From: a virus
Lineage: Duplodnaviria; Caudoviricetes
Length of the DNA stretch: 55,321 nt
Reading direction: 5' to 3' (one strand)
IMG/VR virus record: IMGVR_UViG_3300025000_000129
Span: 1 to 55,321 of that record
Shown: positions 44,634 to 54,750 of the stretch, one piece after another
Layout: every line of letters begins with the position of its first letter
Position numbering within the stretch: the first letter of the stretch is position 1
Program-made: the position numbers and the translations under genes
Notes under the pieces: generated by a model
Seen by the model: only the letters and a program-made list of their open reading frames with translations
Databases searched by the model: none
Told to the model about the DNA's origin: nothing

Positions 44634-44897
44634 TTATAGCCATGATGGGGCTTTTTCTGCCCGTTTGTATGTCTTACCATTGATTACTCTTGTGTTCGGA
44701 TCGGCTGATTCTTTGAAAAATAAGAAATCCATGAGGGTCTCAAGATTTGTTTCGTCTATGTCCTTAGGGATCCATCCCCATTCCTTTGCACATCTTTTAT
44801 ATAGTGACATCAAAGCATGTTCTGCGTCTATATCTTCATCATCGGGCGGGGAGTTGACACCGCCGCCCTTGGTCAGTTTTTTTGAATTACCCCACAT
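44634..44897 (-). CDS. Tail assembly chaperone, frameshift (gpT-like) part
   Basis: -1 frame after the slippery site; GWIPKDIDE motif. Confidence 0.75.
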   Translation of the reverse strand: MWGNSKKLTKGGGVNSPPDDEDIDAEHALMSLYKRCAKEWGWIPKDIDETNLETLMDFLFFKESADPNTRVINGKTYKRAEKAPSWL

Positions 44898-45208
44898 ATG
44901 CCTGAGATAATGGCATTAATCTGCTCGTCAATTTCTTCATCGTCGAGAGCTTTTTCAAGTTCGTCTGCGGTAAACTTGCCACCATACATCTCGCATATAA
45001 GCCATGCTTTACGTTCTTTGAGTTCAAACAGTTCAGTCAACAGTTCGTCTATTGCTTCGATATCCTCGCTGTTGTCCTGTACTTCCTTACCTTTTTTGCC
45101 GAGTGCCAGAGTTTCCTTCTGTATTTTTAACGCTTCCTTCGATAGAAAGGTTGTAATTTTCCCAGTTGTGTAGGTCTTGTCATTGAGTTTTAATATTAAT
45201 ACTTTCAT
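44873..45208 (-). CDS. Tail assembly chaperone (gpG-like)
   Basis: Between MTP and TMP; ends CAA AAA AAC TGA. Confidence 0.85.
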   Translation of the reverse strand: MKVLILKLNDKTYTTGKITTFLSKEALKIQKETLALGKKGKEVQDNSEDIEAIDELLTELFELKERKAWLICEMYGGKFTADELEKALDDEEIDEQINAIISGICGVIQKN

Positions 45209-45268
45209 AATTGTTTCCTCCCCAAAATTAAAATAAAATTAAAAGGCGGCTGTTACACCGCCCATTAA

Positions 45269-46171
45269 TTATGCTGCTGTTCCGAAATTCATTGCTACTG
45301 CTGTGAGTGCCTGACCGTAGATGTCCACAACTCCATTGACTGCCACAATGTAGGTTGATCCTGCATCGAGGTTGGCTGTCGGGTTGAAGGTCAGAATCTT
45401 GCCAGCTGCATCCCATGTCTTGGCTCCGGCTACAAGAGTACCGTCTGCCTTGATTACCGTGATAGCCTCGGTGTCAATCTTGTTGTTGAATGTTATTACG
45501 ATATCGGCTGTTACTACAACATTGGCTGCGGCATCAGCGGGAACTATTGAGGAAAGGGCTATTGCTGCAGGTGCGCCCACTGAAGCTGGGGTCTGTACCT
45601 GATCGAACCAACCTGTCGGCACAAAGGCTGTGTCGGCTGTGTCCGCAAATACACGCTTAAGTGACATTGTTTCCGCACCTACAGTAAATTCAAAGGTTGT
45701 TGTGACTGCCGTGAATGTTAACGTGTAGGTCTTTACATCTACATCATTGGATTTGCTTGTAGCTTCTTCGGCTCCGCCTGAGAATGTGCCTTTGAGATAC
45801 CAGTAGTACCGATATCCGTCAGCACCCATGTCATACCTGAAGCCTATTGCAAGGTTAGGCGGGTTTGCTTTGCCTGCATCGTATACTCTGCCGCTTGCTG
45901 CATCGTAAGCCTTACCAAGCAGGTAGGCAGCTTTCTGAGCGGGGACATTTGAAACAATAATCTTCAGCGCTGTTTTGCCTTCTGTGACATAGTTGTTTTT
46001 GGCTTTGTTGTCATAGTAGGTCGTTTTATTTGCTACTTCCGGCTCTCCTGCTATTTCAGCCGCCGGTGCCAGATAGACAGGCGCACCGGCTGTGTAGACC
46101 AGTGCTGTATCTGCTGTGATTTCGGCATAGTGTAAATTATCTACGCCTACAAATTCGCCATATTCATCCAT
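45269..46171 (-). CDS. Major tail protein (phi13 family) with C-terminal Big_5 Ig-like domain
   Basis: VGVDNLHYA, YRYYWYLKGTF; SIVPADAA..V.....ITFN...LTFNP...L.....Y.V.V..V.D..G. Confidence 0.9.
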   Translation of the reverse strand: MDEYGEFVGVDNLHYAEITADTALVYTAGAPVYLAPAAEIAGEPEVANKTTYYDNKAKNNYVTEGKTALKIIVSNVPAQKAAYLLGKAYDAASGRVYDAGKANPPNLAIGFRYDMGADGYRYYWYLKGTFSGGAEEATSKSNDVDVKTYTLTFTAVTTTFEFTVGAETMSLKRVFADTADTAFVPTGWFDQVQTPASVGAPAAIALSSIVPADAAANVVVTADIVITFNNKIDTEAITVIKADGTLVAGAKTWDAAGKILTFNPTANLDAGSTYIVAVNGVVDIYGQALTAVAMNFGTAA

Positions 46172-46174
46172 TTG

Positions 46175-46540
46175 TTATACCTCTCTTTCATAAAATTGAT
46201 AAACACTCCGGTACCCATAATGTCCGGTGTTTTCGTTGTACGGCATATCGCCACCGCCCGCACGTAGGAAGCCGCCTGGAAGCATAACGGATTTTAAAAG
46301 TGTGTCTGCTTGCTGTTTAATTGCTGGCTTCTTAGAGTACAAAACTAATTGCACTCTGTGTGTCGTGCTGGTTGGCAAGTTGTCAGCGTGGGTATTGTTA
46401 GGGGAATCCAAAAGATAGTAGGTTATGTGAGTCTCGGGAAGCACGGCGTCAGCCGCATATGTTCCCTGTTCCTTGACAGGGTAGCCGAGAGGCGCTAAAG
46501 TGTCGCATGCCAGCTTATATATGTTAGTCAATCGGCACAC
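46175..46540 (-). CDS. Tail terminator/completion protein
   Basis: Position and size; YNENTGHY. Confidence 0.7.
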   Translation of the reverse strand: MCRLTNIYKLACDTLAPLGYPVKEQGTYAADAVLPETHITYYLLDSPNNTHADNLPTSTTHRVQLVLYSKKPAIKQQADTLLKSVMLPGGFLRAGGGDMPYNENTGHYGYRSVYQFYEREV

Positions 46541-46970
46541 CCTCTTTCATTAAAACTTCTTTTTGAATTTTTTTAACCTTATTTCTGTTGTTCCAAAATG
46601 CAGGGCTTATGAACGGGTCAGGAAATCCAGGGGAATGGCTGTCGCCGTACTCCTGGAATACCCCCTCGATGGCTTCCGGATGCTCTTTTAGATTAACGCC
46701 CACCTGAGAATAGATGTAATTGCCATCTTTCTTTGCTGGGGTCGCTTCTATGGCATCGTAAACCTCGCCGGTTCGTTTATGCCGTGCTGCTCCGGCTTTC
46801 ATGTCGTCAACAATAGGTTTTACAGATTCGTCAATAGCCTTTGCAACAGCTTCATCGACATTCCGGCCAGCTCGTTCGACTTTTTTGAGGTATTCATCAA
46901 AGCCAGTTAAATTTATCCCGGCTCCGAGTGCTGTTTTGCCGTATGTGCCGTAGCTCCATTGTCTAGCCAT
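46524..46970 (-). CDS. HK97 gp10-like neck protein
   Basis: GFDEY..K...EYG.....PFISPA. Confidence 0.8.
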   Translation of the reverse strand: MARQWSYGTYGKTALGAGINLTGFDEYLKKVERAGRNVDEAVAKAIDESVKPIVDDMKAGAARHKRTGEVYDAIEATPAKKDGNYIYSQVGVNLKEHPEAIEGVFQEYGDSHSPGFPDPFISPAFWNNRNKVKKIQKEVLMKEGVPID

Positions 46971-47437
46971 TAGGCATTCACCGTCCTGCGCACCTTCAAG
47001 ATCATGAATTGGTTTCGCATCTCAACGTTCTCGATGTTCGTAACCTCATAGGCTGGCTTGTTTGCGGTGTGGGCATCAATCTGCGTTTGCAAGTCTGCCA
47101 GAATTTCCGCATCAGGTTCTACTTTATCAGCCTCGATTTGATAAGCTGCATTGAGACCGTCCATTGTAGTCTGCCAAGGGTTAAGCATACCTTCAGGCAT
47201 TACCCTGTCCTTTTCAGTGATATCTGGACGGTACCACATTGTTAATTCTGCTGTATCCATGACAGTCAGGCTTCCTGACTGCACATTCTCTGTTCCGCCT
47301 TTACCCTTCCAGTTGCAAAAGTCAAGCGCCGGGTCTGCGTCCACATAGGATATGTCTGAGGCTCCGTTTACGTCTGTGGAGGTGCGGTGCTGCAAGCGGA
47401 TTGGGGTTGCCATTTGCTGAATATTAGGCTTAAACAT
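46970..47437 (-). CDS. Head closure (SPP1 gp16-like) protein with internal helical insertion
   Basis: WKGKGG.E, T.WYRPDIT..DR, YEV..IENVEMRNQF. Confidence 0.75.
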   Translation of the reverse strand: MFKPNIQQMATPIRLQHRTSTDVNGASDISYVDADPALDFCNWKGKGGTENVQSGSLTVMDTAELTMWYRPDITEKDRVMPEGMLNPWQTTMDGLNAAYQIEADKVEPDAEILADLQTQIDAHTANKPAYEVTNIENVEMRNQFMILKVRRTVNA

Positions 47438-47441
47438 ATCA

Positions 47442-48002
47442 TCACCCCGCTGTCGTGAATTGAATCACTGTGTACTTAAGCTTGCGACCGGAATCGTCTG
47501 TTATGCTGTCAATTACGATTGCATATTGTGTGGATGCATCCAGATTGCTGTCCGGTGCAATGGTCAGTATCTTTTTTGTGAGGTCCAAGGTTATGGTAAT
47601 TGGAATCTCTGCCAATGTGCACACTTTAACCAGTTTAATACTGTAGGCGCTGATCATGTTATTGAGTGTCAGTGTCGGGGTTACATCCACAGCTGCCCCC
47701 GTTGCTCCATTGAGCGGAACGCTGACTATCGCAGGTTTTGAGCTTGTCATTGCAAGCTGTGTCAGCAATATGTGGAAGGCTGCACTGAACTTTACCTCAC
47801 CGCTTGACAGATTCCACAGGTCGGTTACGCCAACAGTAAGAGTAGCTATGCCGAGACTGCTTTCAAGCTGGGCGATTGTAACTCCGCCGCCCAGCATGTA
47901 TTGTTTTGCAGCTAAGACTTTAGGCAACAAGGCATTGTCGGTAAATGTTCCGCTGATAGTCATACCAGCTTTTACAGCGGTAAGCAGTTCGGCATCAGTC
48001 AT
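47442..48002 (-). CDS. Head-tail connector (gp6-like) fused to a Big_5 Ig-like domain
   Basis: LL..VK...I.G...D..L...GV.DLW; then SVP.NGATG..V...LTIAP...L...TQY. Confidence 0.75.
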   Translation of the reverse strand: MTDAELLTAVKAGMTISGTFTDNALLPKVLAAKQYMLGGGVTIAQLESSLGIATLTVGVTDLWNLSSGEVKFSAAFHILLTQLAMTSSKPAIVSVPLNGATGAAVDVTPTLTLNNMISAYSIKLVKVCTLAEIPITITLDLTKKILTIAPDSNLDASTQYAIVIDSITDDSGRKLKYTVIQFTTAG

Positions 48003-48016
48003 TTATGCCTCACCCC

Positions 48017-48985
48017 TTATACTACAAAATAAGCATCAACCGCATGTCCATCAAGAGCACTATTCAAGTCAATTGTGTTTCCCTCAAGCAATGTTGCCGA
48101 CACCGCTACTGTGGGCTCTGTGGCCTCGACAACGTTATTGAGGAACGTGTGAGCGGTAAGCAGTGTATTGTGTGCCAATTCATAAGGCAAGCCGAGCTTA
48201 TCACCGAATCCAATTGCGGTAGTTGCTCCGAGCCCATCATGCGCAGGAATATCCACAAGAGTGATTTCATCGAATGCCAAACTGCCAACGACCGTACCTG
48301 GGGTATTAACGGTGAATACCGGAAGTTGTTCCTCGATGCTCGCTCCGTTTCTTTTTCCGTACACTGTCACGCGAATGGCTTTAATATCACCGGCAGTACC
48401 ACCAGCGGTTGCTGTGGCATTACGCGCGCAAGGCGGATCTGTGAGTTCTGTTGAAATAGAGTCAACCGGGGAAAGTCCACCGGAGAAATATACCGATCCA
48501 GCTTCACCTGTTGCTATGGCTGCTGTATCCCAATTTCCACCAGCTACACAAGTGACTGCTGCAAGTGATACCGTGCCGAGTGATGTCAACGCCCTAATTG
48601 CCGTCTGGATGTTGGCTGCTGCATTTTTGGCCGCCGTAGTGTTAGCCAGTGCAATGTTAATGGCTTTTGTTGCATCAGTTTTGGTTACAGCCAGTGTATC
48701 ATTTCCGGCTGTGGTCAGGATAACTTTAAGCTCGTTAGCAAGAGCACCCTCAGACGCCGGAATGGTGATTGTCAATATATCGGTTACGGCTGAAGCGGCT
48801 TTGATTACTGCTGTAGCTGCAACATTAATTGCGGGACAAGCTTTGGCGGCGTGTATGCCGTCTGTGTCTGCTGCTATGGCTTCCTCTGCTGTCCAGTTTA
48901 GGTGAGCGATAAAACCTCTGTCAACAGATATGCCATCGACATCTGTCTGTATTTTCTGACCTCTCTTATGATTAAATGGATACAT
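48017..48985 (-). CDS. Ala/Thr-rich structural protein, probable capsid decoration/head fibre
   Basis: Directly after the MCP; beta-rich composition. Confidence 0.55.
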   Translation of the reverse strand: MYPFNHKRGQKIQTDVDGISVDRGFIAHLNWTAEEAIAADTDGIHAAKACPAINVAATAVIKAASAVTDILTITIPASEGALANELKVILTTAGNDTLAVTKTDATKAINIALANTTAAKNAAANIQTAIRALTSLGTVSLAAVTCVAGGNWDTAAIATGEAGSVYFSGGLSPVDSISTELTDPPCARNATATAGGTAGDIKAIRVTVYGKRNGASIEEQLPVFTVNTPGTVVGSLAFDEITLVDIPAHDGLGATTAIGFGDKLGLPYELAHNTLLTAHTFLNNVVEATEPTVAVSATLLEGNTIDLNSALDGHAVDAYFVV

Positions 48986-49069
48986 ATTTATTCTCCCTTC
49001 TATCCGCTTAAAAACACGAAATAGTAAGAAGCCCGGGAGTTAATCCGGGCTCTCTGTTATACGCCCTGG

Positions 49070-50356
49070 TTATGCGCCCTTCTTTACAATAACTACGCCG
49101 TTCGGGTCAATGAGCTTGCCGTCAGCTATAAGTATAGCTTTGTCAATCCACTCATTGGTGTCATGGTCGAAGTACCTGAACATGGTCATCTGCATGTTGC
49201 TGTTGAAGCCATAGTTTTTGAGGTTGCAATATACAGCAACAACATCTGTAACGGCTGCGGTGTCGTAAGGAGCTATGATATCATCTTCGACTTCAATAAC
49301 TTCCTTGCCGCCGAATCTCTCCTGAGGTCCATCGGTTATACCGTAGTTGATTCTACCCACAGGCTGACCGTTTGCATCAACCATGCCGTCAATGTAGCCT
49401 TCAAAAGTTCCGGAAGCCATGAAGAATGCAGCACCGGCTTTATAGGCAAGAGGCATTTTAGCGAATACTTTCTTCTTCCAGCTGTCCCACGCTGCGAACT
49501 CTGCGGATGTAAGGGTAACTATCTGAGCTGCGGGAACTCTTGTATCTACAGTGATTCCAAGAGGACTTGTTCCGCCAGCACCTGCCATTACGGCCAGGTC
49601 GATTGCCTTGATCATTGCTTCCACAATCAAGTCGGTGATAGTGTTTTCAAAGCCGGTAAGGGTTGTAGTTTCAGCCAGCAGAGATGTGGAAACCTTGCAT
49701 TCCAGGCCGTAATAGCTGAACGCAATACTGGTATTTGCGGTGACTTTCTTCTTGTCGGAGGTTGCTGATTCGCCTATCCATGTTGCAGTCGGCGCGAGGG
49801 AGAGGATTGGTATTGTTACGCCACCTCTTATAGCAAGTTTCCTTACCCTTGCGAATACCTGACCATATACGGTTATCTTTTTGATAACTTCGTTTAGGAT
49901 CGTGCTGGGAATCACGGCTGTTACTTCTGAAACTGTAGTCATTGCATCAAGTCTGAGTTCAGGGGTAACCTTGCCGGTTTTTGCAAAATTCATGAACGCG
50001 GTTCTGTATTCCACTGTGCCGTATACATCTTCCGGTTCAGCTGTTCTTTGTGCAGGCTGTACTACAGGTCCTACACCGTAAGTGCCAAGAGGATTCATCT
50101 GTCCCTGGGGAGTTGCGCCTCTGTTTTCGCCTGCTGCTGGAGCGGCGGGGCGCGTCATGGATGCTGCGCCGGGAGTGGGATCATCAACTATTGCATCGAT
50201 CATGCTTCTGAGTTCTGCAATTTCGGCGTTCAATGTGTCGAGTTCAGCATTGATGCTTCTAAGTTCTACCACTTCCGTAGCCGCATTTGATCTGGTAATA
50301 AGTTCTGCTTTCCTAGCCTCTTTTGCGGCCAGCATTTTTTTAAGTTTTTCTTTCAT
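49070..50356 (-). CDS. HK97-fold major capsid protein with delta domain
   Basis: Coiled-coil N-terminus; EYR.AF, VIPSTI..E, ATWIGE, DGKL.DP. Confidence 0.93.
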   Translation of the reverse strand: MKEKLKKMLAAKEARKAELITRSNAATEVVELRSINAELDTLNAEIAELRSMIDAIVDDPTPGAASMTRPAAPAAGENRGATPQGQMNPLGTYGVGPVVQPAQRTAEPEDVYGTVEYRTAFMNFAKTGKVTPELRLDAMTTVSEVTAVIPSTILNEVIKKITVYGQVFARVRKLAIRGGVTIPILSLAPTATWIGESATSDKKKVTANTSIAFSYYGLECKVSTSLLAETTTLTGFENTITDLIVEAMIKAIDLAVMAGAGGTSPLGITVDTRVPAAQIVTLTSAEFAAWDSWKKKVFAKMPLAYKAGAAFFMASGTFEGYIDGMVDANGQPVGRINYGITDGPQERFGGKEVIEVEDDIIAPYDTAAVTDVVAVYCNLKNYGFNSNMQMTMFRYFDHDTNEWIDKAILIADGKLIDPNGVVIVKKGA

Positions 50357-50366
50357 GTTTTCACCT

Positions 50367-51032
50367 TTAACCTTTCGATTTAATTTGGTTTCTGAGTTTC
50401 AATACTTCCAGCTCGTTGGTACTGTTTGTTACCTTTGACCGCGCATTCTCCAATGCTGCTTTATCCACACTGTCCAGTGCTTCGTCACGGGCTGCCGTTA
50501 TGTTAGTCTCCTCATACTGAGGTGACCATAGCGCTGATAATTCGAAGATCCTTTTGAACTTATAAATCTCTCTTGTGGGAAGGTTACTGTCCAGATTGAG
50601 CCATTTTTCCTCTTTGACAGTAAAAGAAAAGGACATTCCTGAAACGTCCTGCCTCTTTACTGCGGAATATAAAGACCTTGCTTCCGCATTGTTTTCCACG
50701 TCAAGTTTTGCCCTGAAACTTAATCCTTTTTCATTGATAATGAGCTGCATTGTGGAATTAGTGTTGTTGTTCCGGCTTCTTGCCAGTGGGATTGCCCTGC
50801 CATTGTGATGGATAAAAAGCGGTACATCTTTCAAATCAGCACCGTCAAGGGCTCCGCGTTTTATAACTTCAATAAACCACCCGCCCACATTTGTTTCGAC
50901 TTCATACGGTATTGCAAAACCTTCAATTATTGCACCAGGTTCGTCAGCGGTTGGATCTACCGCTCTGATTTCCTGAATTTCGTAGTATCTTTTAATTTCA
51001 TCGTCTCTTTGCTCTATAGCATGTTTTGCCAC
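50367..51032 (-). CDS. HK97-family prohead protease
   Basis: IEGFA, F.E.I..GA, HHN...PLAR, GMSFSF, ELSA...PQY. Confidence 0.93.
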   Translation of the reverse strand: MAKHAIEQRDDEIKRYYEIQEIRAVDPTADEPGAIIEGFAIPYEVETNVGGWFIEVIKRGALDGADLKDVPLFIHHNGRAIPLARSRNNNTNSTMQLIINEKGLSFRAKLDVENNAEARSLYSAVKRQDVSGMSFSFTVKEEKWLNLDSNLPTREIYKFKRIFELSALWSPQYEETNITAARDEALDSVDKAALENARSKVTNSTNELEVLKLRNQIKSKG

Positions 51033-51033
51033 T

Positions 51034-52281
51034 TCATTTACCTCCTTGATTTGATTGTGTGCCTTTTGCCTGTTTCAATTGATATTCATTTGCCAGCGTT
51101 ACATCGATATAATTAAGCGACATTGTGCGCCTTGATCCTGTTCCATCTTCCAGCGGAGGATAGCCAAGTACGGCAAGCTTCTGGTCGTCGCTCAATAACC
51201 CTTGTTCGCCGGTTGTCTTTAAGAGTTCGAGCTTCGATTTGGTGCTCAGGTACATCATCAGTCGATGATAGAACACCATTTCATTGCCCACATCAAGCTC
51301 ACGCGGGGTGAATAATGTGCTTGAAAATGCCTGCCCAAGTCTGATTAATATAGGCTCAAGCGTTTTCTCGTAAAATGATTGATACAGATCATCGGTGTAA
51401 TCACCTGAAAGAATCGGCATTGAAACACCATACCAGTTTAATACCTTGTCCTGGAGGAATTGCATTGTGTCTTTTTCAATTAGCTTTGGGTCTATGGTCA
51501 ACGGGGTAAGGTCGCCCTTGAGATCTGTGGTTACTATTGCGCTATCTCCACCTGCTATTGCTTTCTCAAGCCGTTGCCGTTCTGCTATCTGCAGGTCATT
51601 ATCCATCATGGTATTGATTTTTGCCACGACTTTGATACTGAGGCTTGTTTTAATGGCCTTTCCTATACCCTGTAGCGCAATGTCGTTTATCTCCAGCACC
51701 TTCAAGAGGGCTGCGTTGTCTGGTTGACCGTTTAAGCCACCGCCCATGATATCGTTGACAGAAAACTTCTTGCGCAAGTGGATGATCTCGGAATAAGCTA
51801 TGGTGTAGTTTTGGCCGTTGGAGAAGTACAGTTTTACGAACAACTTACCGGTTTCGTCCTGCATGAATTCCACAGTTGTAGGATTGAGTGGGTAAAACCC
51901 TGTGAAATATTTCTGCGGAGTGCCCCTGACATCATAAGCGAGATCATATGTGGGGTAAATAAAGCAGTTGTAATTCATCATCAGCTGCCAGGTGATCTTC
52001 TCCAAAAATTCGCTTGTGGTCATAAGCTCATTTGGTTTAAATTTGAACAGCCTGTTAATGCTGCTTTTCGGCGATTTCTGCATGTTATTACTATCTGTTA
52101 GTATGTGACGCGGATGGAGTTTGCTAATCTCAGTTGCTATGCAGTCAATACACATTTGCACCACGTCGGACACGTAGATGTTCTGTCCGAACTGACTAAA
52201 TACAGGGGTAAAGCCGTTCATCATCTGGGCGTATTGCAGCTGCTTGCTCTGGTTGTTTTTTACCAAGCTTTGTAATAGCAT
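51034..52281 (-). CDS. HK97-family portal protein
   Basis: CIDCIATEISKL, KPNELMT..EF, EIIHLR. Confidence 0.93.
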   Translation of the reverse strand: MLLQSLVKNNQSKQLQYAQMMNGFTPVFSQFGQNIYVSDVVQMCIDCIATEISKLHPRHILTDSNNMQKSPKSSINRLFKFKPNELMTTSEFLEKITWQLMMNYNCFIYPTYDLAYDVRGTPQKYFTGFYPLNPTTVEFMQDETGKLFVKLYFSNGQNYTIAYSEIIHLRKKFSVNDIMGGGLNGQPDNAALLKVLEINDIALQGIGKAIKTSLSIKVVAKINTMMDNDLQIAERQRLEKAIAGGDSAIVTTDLKGDLTPLTIDPKLIEKDTMQFLQDKVLNWYGVSMPILSGDYTDDLYQSFYEKTLEPILIRLGQAFSSTLFTPRELDVGNEMVFYHRLMMYLSTKSKLELLKTTGEQGLLSDDQKLAVLGYPPLEDGTGSRRTMSLNYIDVTLANEYQLKQAKGTQSNQGGK

Positions 52282-52287
52282 TCTTTA

Positions 52288-52434
52288 TCACCTTCTTTTT
52301 GCAAAAAAATAAGCGAATGCTATGAAGCAAGCGCCCAAAACAATAAACCCGGCCGGGACATAAATCATAAACACGCCATACGATAAAAGCGACATCCCAA
52401 TTGTAAGAAAAATGTCGTCAATGTATTTTTTCAA
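52288..52434 (-). CDS. 48-aa membrane protein (DUF1056-like), not in ORF track
   Basis: MKKYIDDIFLTIGMSLLSYGVFMIYVPAGFIVLG...; typical pre-portal gene. Confidence 0.65.
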   Translation of the reverse strand: MKKYIDDIFLTIGMSLLSYGVFMIYVPAGFIVLGACFIAFAYFFAKRR

Positions 52435-52982
52435 GTTATCACCTCACTATTGAGTTGAACAATGTTAAATGGACTTCTTACGCCAGCACTGAATTCTTCT
52501 GCTGCTTGGAGAGCTTGCGTTATTCTGTCAGTTGGGCTTTTGCCTTGTGTGGAGTATAGAGAGCCGAGCGCATAACCTTGCCCACATCCGCACGCATTAT
52601 ATGGGGCTCGTGCTTCTGCAACTTGAAAATCAGATTCAATGCAGAACAATCTGCCTTTATATCCAACAAGAAAGGTTCCGCCTGTGTCCTCACCGTTTTC
52701 AACCTTCGCATACCCACCCTGTTTTAAACATGTTCTTACAGCATCCACAAAGTCAGTCACCATGTAGGCAAATACGTCCTGCTTTTCCTTTATGGCAGGT
52801 GGGGCGAAACTATATCTCAGGAGCTGCCCCATGCGGAAAGATGAGGTGAAACCAATAATAAAATCACCGTTGATAAACACTTTACTGTCAGCCCGCCTTT
52901 GTATTTCGTATCCAGCTACACTGGCGCTATCGGCTCCCATATAAATTGTCCCATTATCAATAAGTCCTGCAATACAAGTCAA
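52431..52982 (-). CDS. Ntn-hydrolase (HslV/proteasome-beta-like) peptidase
   Basis: M-T-CIAG...MGADS, KVF, ACGCG..YALGSL. Confidence 0.8.
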   Translation of the reverse strand: MTCIAGLIDNGTIYMGADSASVAGYEIQRRADSKVFINGDFIIGFTSSFRMGQLLRYSFAPPAIKEKQDVFAYMVTDFVDAVRTCLKQGGYAKVENGEDTGGTFLVGYKGRLFCIESDFQVAEARAPYNACGCGQGYALGSLYSTQGKSPTDRITQALQAAEEFSAGVRSPFNIVQLNSEVIT

Positions 52983-53001
52983 ACGTATATCACCTCACTA
53001 T

Positions 53002-54750
53002 TTATGCTGCTTTTCTCTTTACAAGCTCAAGAAATTCTGTCCTGTTGTCGATGTAGACTCTGTAAGCTATCATCATGGTCACACTGCCATCAATTTTCTT
53101 TTCGTCTTTGCCTTGAATTTTAACGGCCATGCATTCCATTTTTTTGTTTACGATCATTGCTGTATTCTCAAGGCAATACTTGTCAATCTCATGGTCGTTG
53201 TATACAACAAGGTTGCCTTTGAGATCTTTTTCCAGCAATGTCATGGGTTCAGTCATTGGACCGTAATCCTGTTTCACTCTTACACAGTCAAACCCATAAT
53301 CTTCTGTCATTTCCTTTACCCAATAAACAGCAGACCAATTGTCATAGCCAACCTTGTAAAATCTAATTCCGTAATCCTTATACAGCTTTACAAACCATGC
53401 GGTAACAAGCCGGAAATCGTTCTCATTAGCCAACTCATCATCTGCTTTGGGAGTGATGGTTATGAGTCCAAGCCTTACCCACTCACGGTATTTTGCCTCT
53501 TCCTCTTTGGGCAGATTGTCAAGCTTGGATTCAGGAATGAAGTATTGCTGCAACATGTATTTTTTATTGCTTCCGGGTTTCATCAGGAACGCTCTGGCGC
53601 TTGCAAGGTCGCCGGTCTTGGATAAGTCCACAGCTCCTATTGCAAAGCAGTTCCGGAAGTCCTCAATGTTGAACTTCTCTTTATTCTCAATATCTTCAGC
53701 CATTAACCATGCAGAAGCATTGTTCATTTTTATGTTAAAATCCTTACTGAGAACCAACACTCTTGTCTTTTTGCTGGTCTGTGCTTCTGCTATCATCTGT
53801 CGCAGGTAGCTCCATTTTTTAATAACGCCAAGTCCAGGATTACTTTTATACCATGACTTTTCATCCTGCCAGATTTCTGTTTCATTGTCTTGGGTGTAGA
53901 GCCATATGAGCCAGCGCGGGCGGTCGAGTTCTCCATCTAAAACTTTTCGGGCATCCTTGAGCCTGTCGTCAAGGTACCCGTCATTGACAACACCCTCCGT
54001 AGTAATCTCTCCATAGATTGGTTCATCCTGCGTGGAGAGTGATTGTCTGATAGGCATTGTGGCGGTGTTGTCTTTCATTTCGTGGATTTCGTCCACAGAT
54101 CCTACGGCAATATTACGGCCTTCTTTTGCTCCGGTCTTTGCGGAGATCTTCCGGATGCTGCCTTTATTTTTGTAAGAGAATTTGCCCTTCATTTTTTTAT
54201 TTTTCGGATTGCCGTAGAATATGCCTTTTATGTTTTTGCGGGTGACCTTCTCTATTTTCGGGCTTTCTTCCCGCATGTTGTTGATGGCGTCAAACATTAA
54301 CCCGGCCTGCTCATAGTCGTTGCTGGAACAGAGGATCTTTATTCCTTTTGGACCGCAGAAGAATTCAGCAAGGTCTTGAGCTGCAACAAAGGGAGTTTTC
54401 CCGCATTTCCTGGCTATTAGAAGCAAGTATTCTTGATAAAGCCTCACCCAACGGCCTACTTCATTATCGTATATTTTGAAGCTATAAAACGCTTCCAGAA
54501 ATGCTTTTTGGAAGAGCATTAAAATAAAAGGCTTCCCGGCGAAGGGAGCCTCAAAGTGTTTGCATTCTGATTCTATGAACTTAATACGTTTGTGGGCATC
54601 TTGCATCTCAAAGTGGATGTCCGGACTGTTAAAGTTGCTCAGGAGAATATCCAACATCTGCATGAGCTCATGGCCGATGATGATTTCGCCTATCTTGCAT
54701 TTGTGGATATACTCAAGCAGCCAGGAGCGGGTGCCGTTATGTTCGAACAT
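53002..54750 (-). CDS. terL: Terminase large subunit (Terminase_1, cos type)
   Basis: IARKCGKT, VDEIH, KSNPGLG, AVDLS...DL, YDNW, KIDG. Confidence 0.95.
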   Translation of the reverse strand: MFEHNGTRSWLLEYIHKCKIGEIIIGHELMQMLDILLSNFNSPDIHFEMQDAHKRIKFIESECKHFEAPFAGKPFILMLFQKAFLEAFYSFKIYDNEVGRWVRLYQEYLLLIARKCGKTPFVAAQDLAEFFCGPKGIKILCSSNDYEQAGLMFDAINNMREESPKIEKVTRKNIKGIFYGNPKNKKMKGKFSYKNKGSIRKISAKTGAKEGRNIAVGSVDEIHEMKDNTATMPIRQSLSTQDEPIYGEITTEGVVNDGYLDDRLKDARKVLDGELDRPRWLIWLYTQDNETEIWQDEKSWYKSNPGLGVIKKWSYLRQMIAEAQTSKKTRVLVLSKDFNIKMNNASAWLMAEDIENKEKFNIEDFRNCFAIGAVDLSKTGDLASARAFLMKPGSNKKYMLQQYFIPESKLDNLPKEEEAKYREWVRLGLITITPKADDELANENDFRLVTAWFVKLYKDYGIRFYKVGYDNWSAVYWVKEMTEDYGFDCVRVKQDYGPMTEPMTLLEKDLKGNLVVYNDHEIDKYCLENTAMIVNKKMECMAVKIQGKDEKKIDGSVTMMIAYRVYIDNRTEFLELVKRKAA

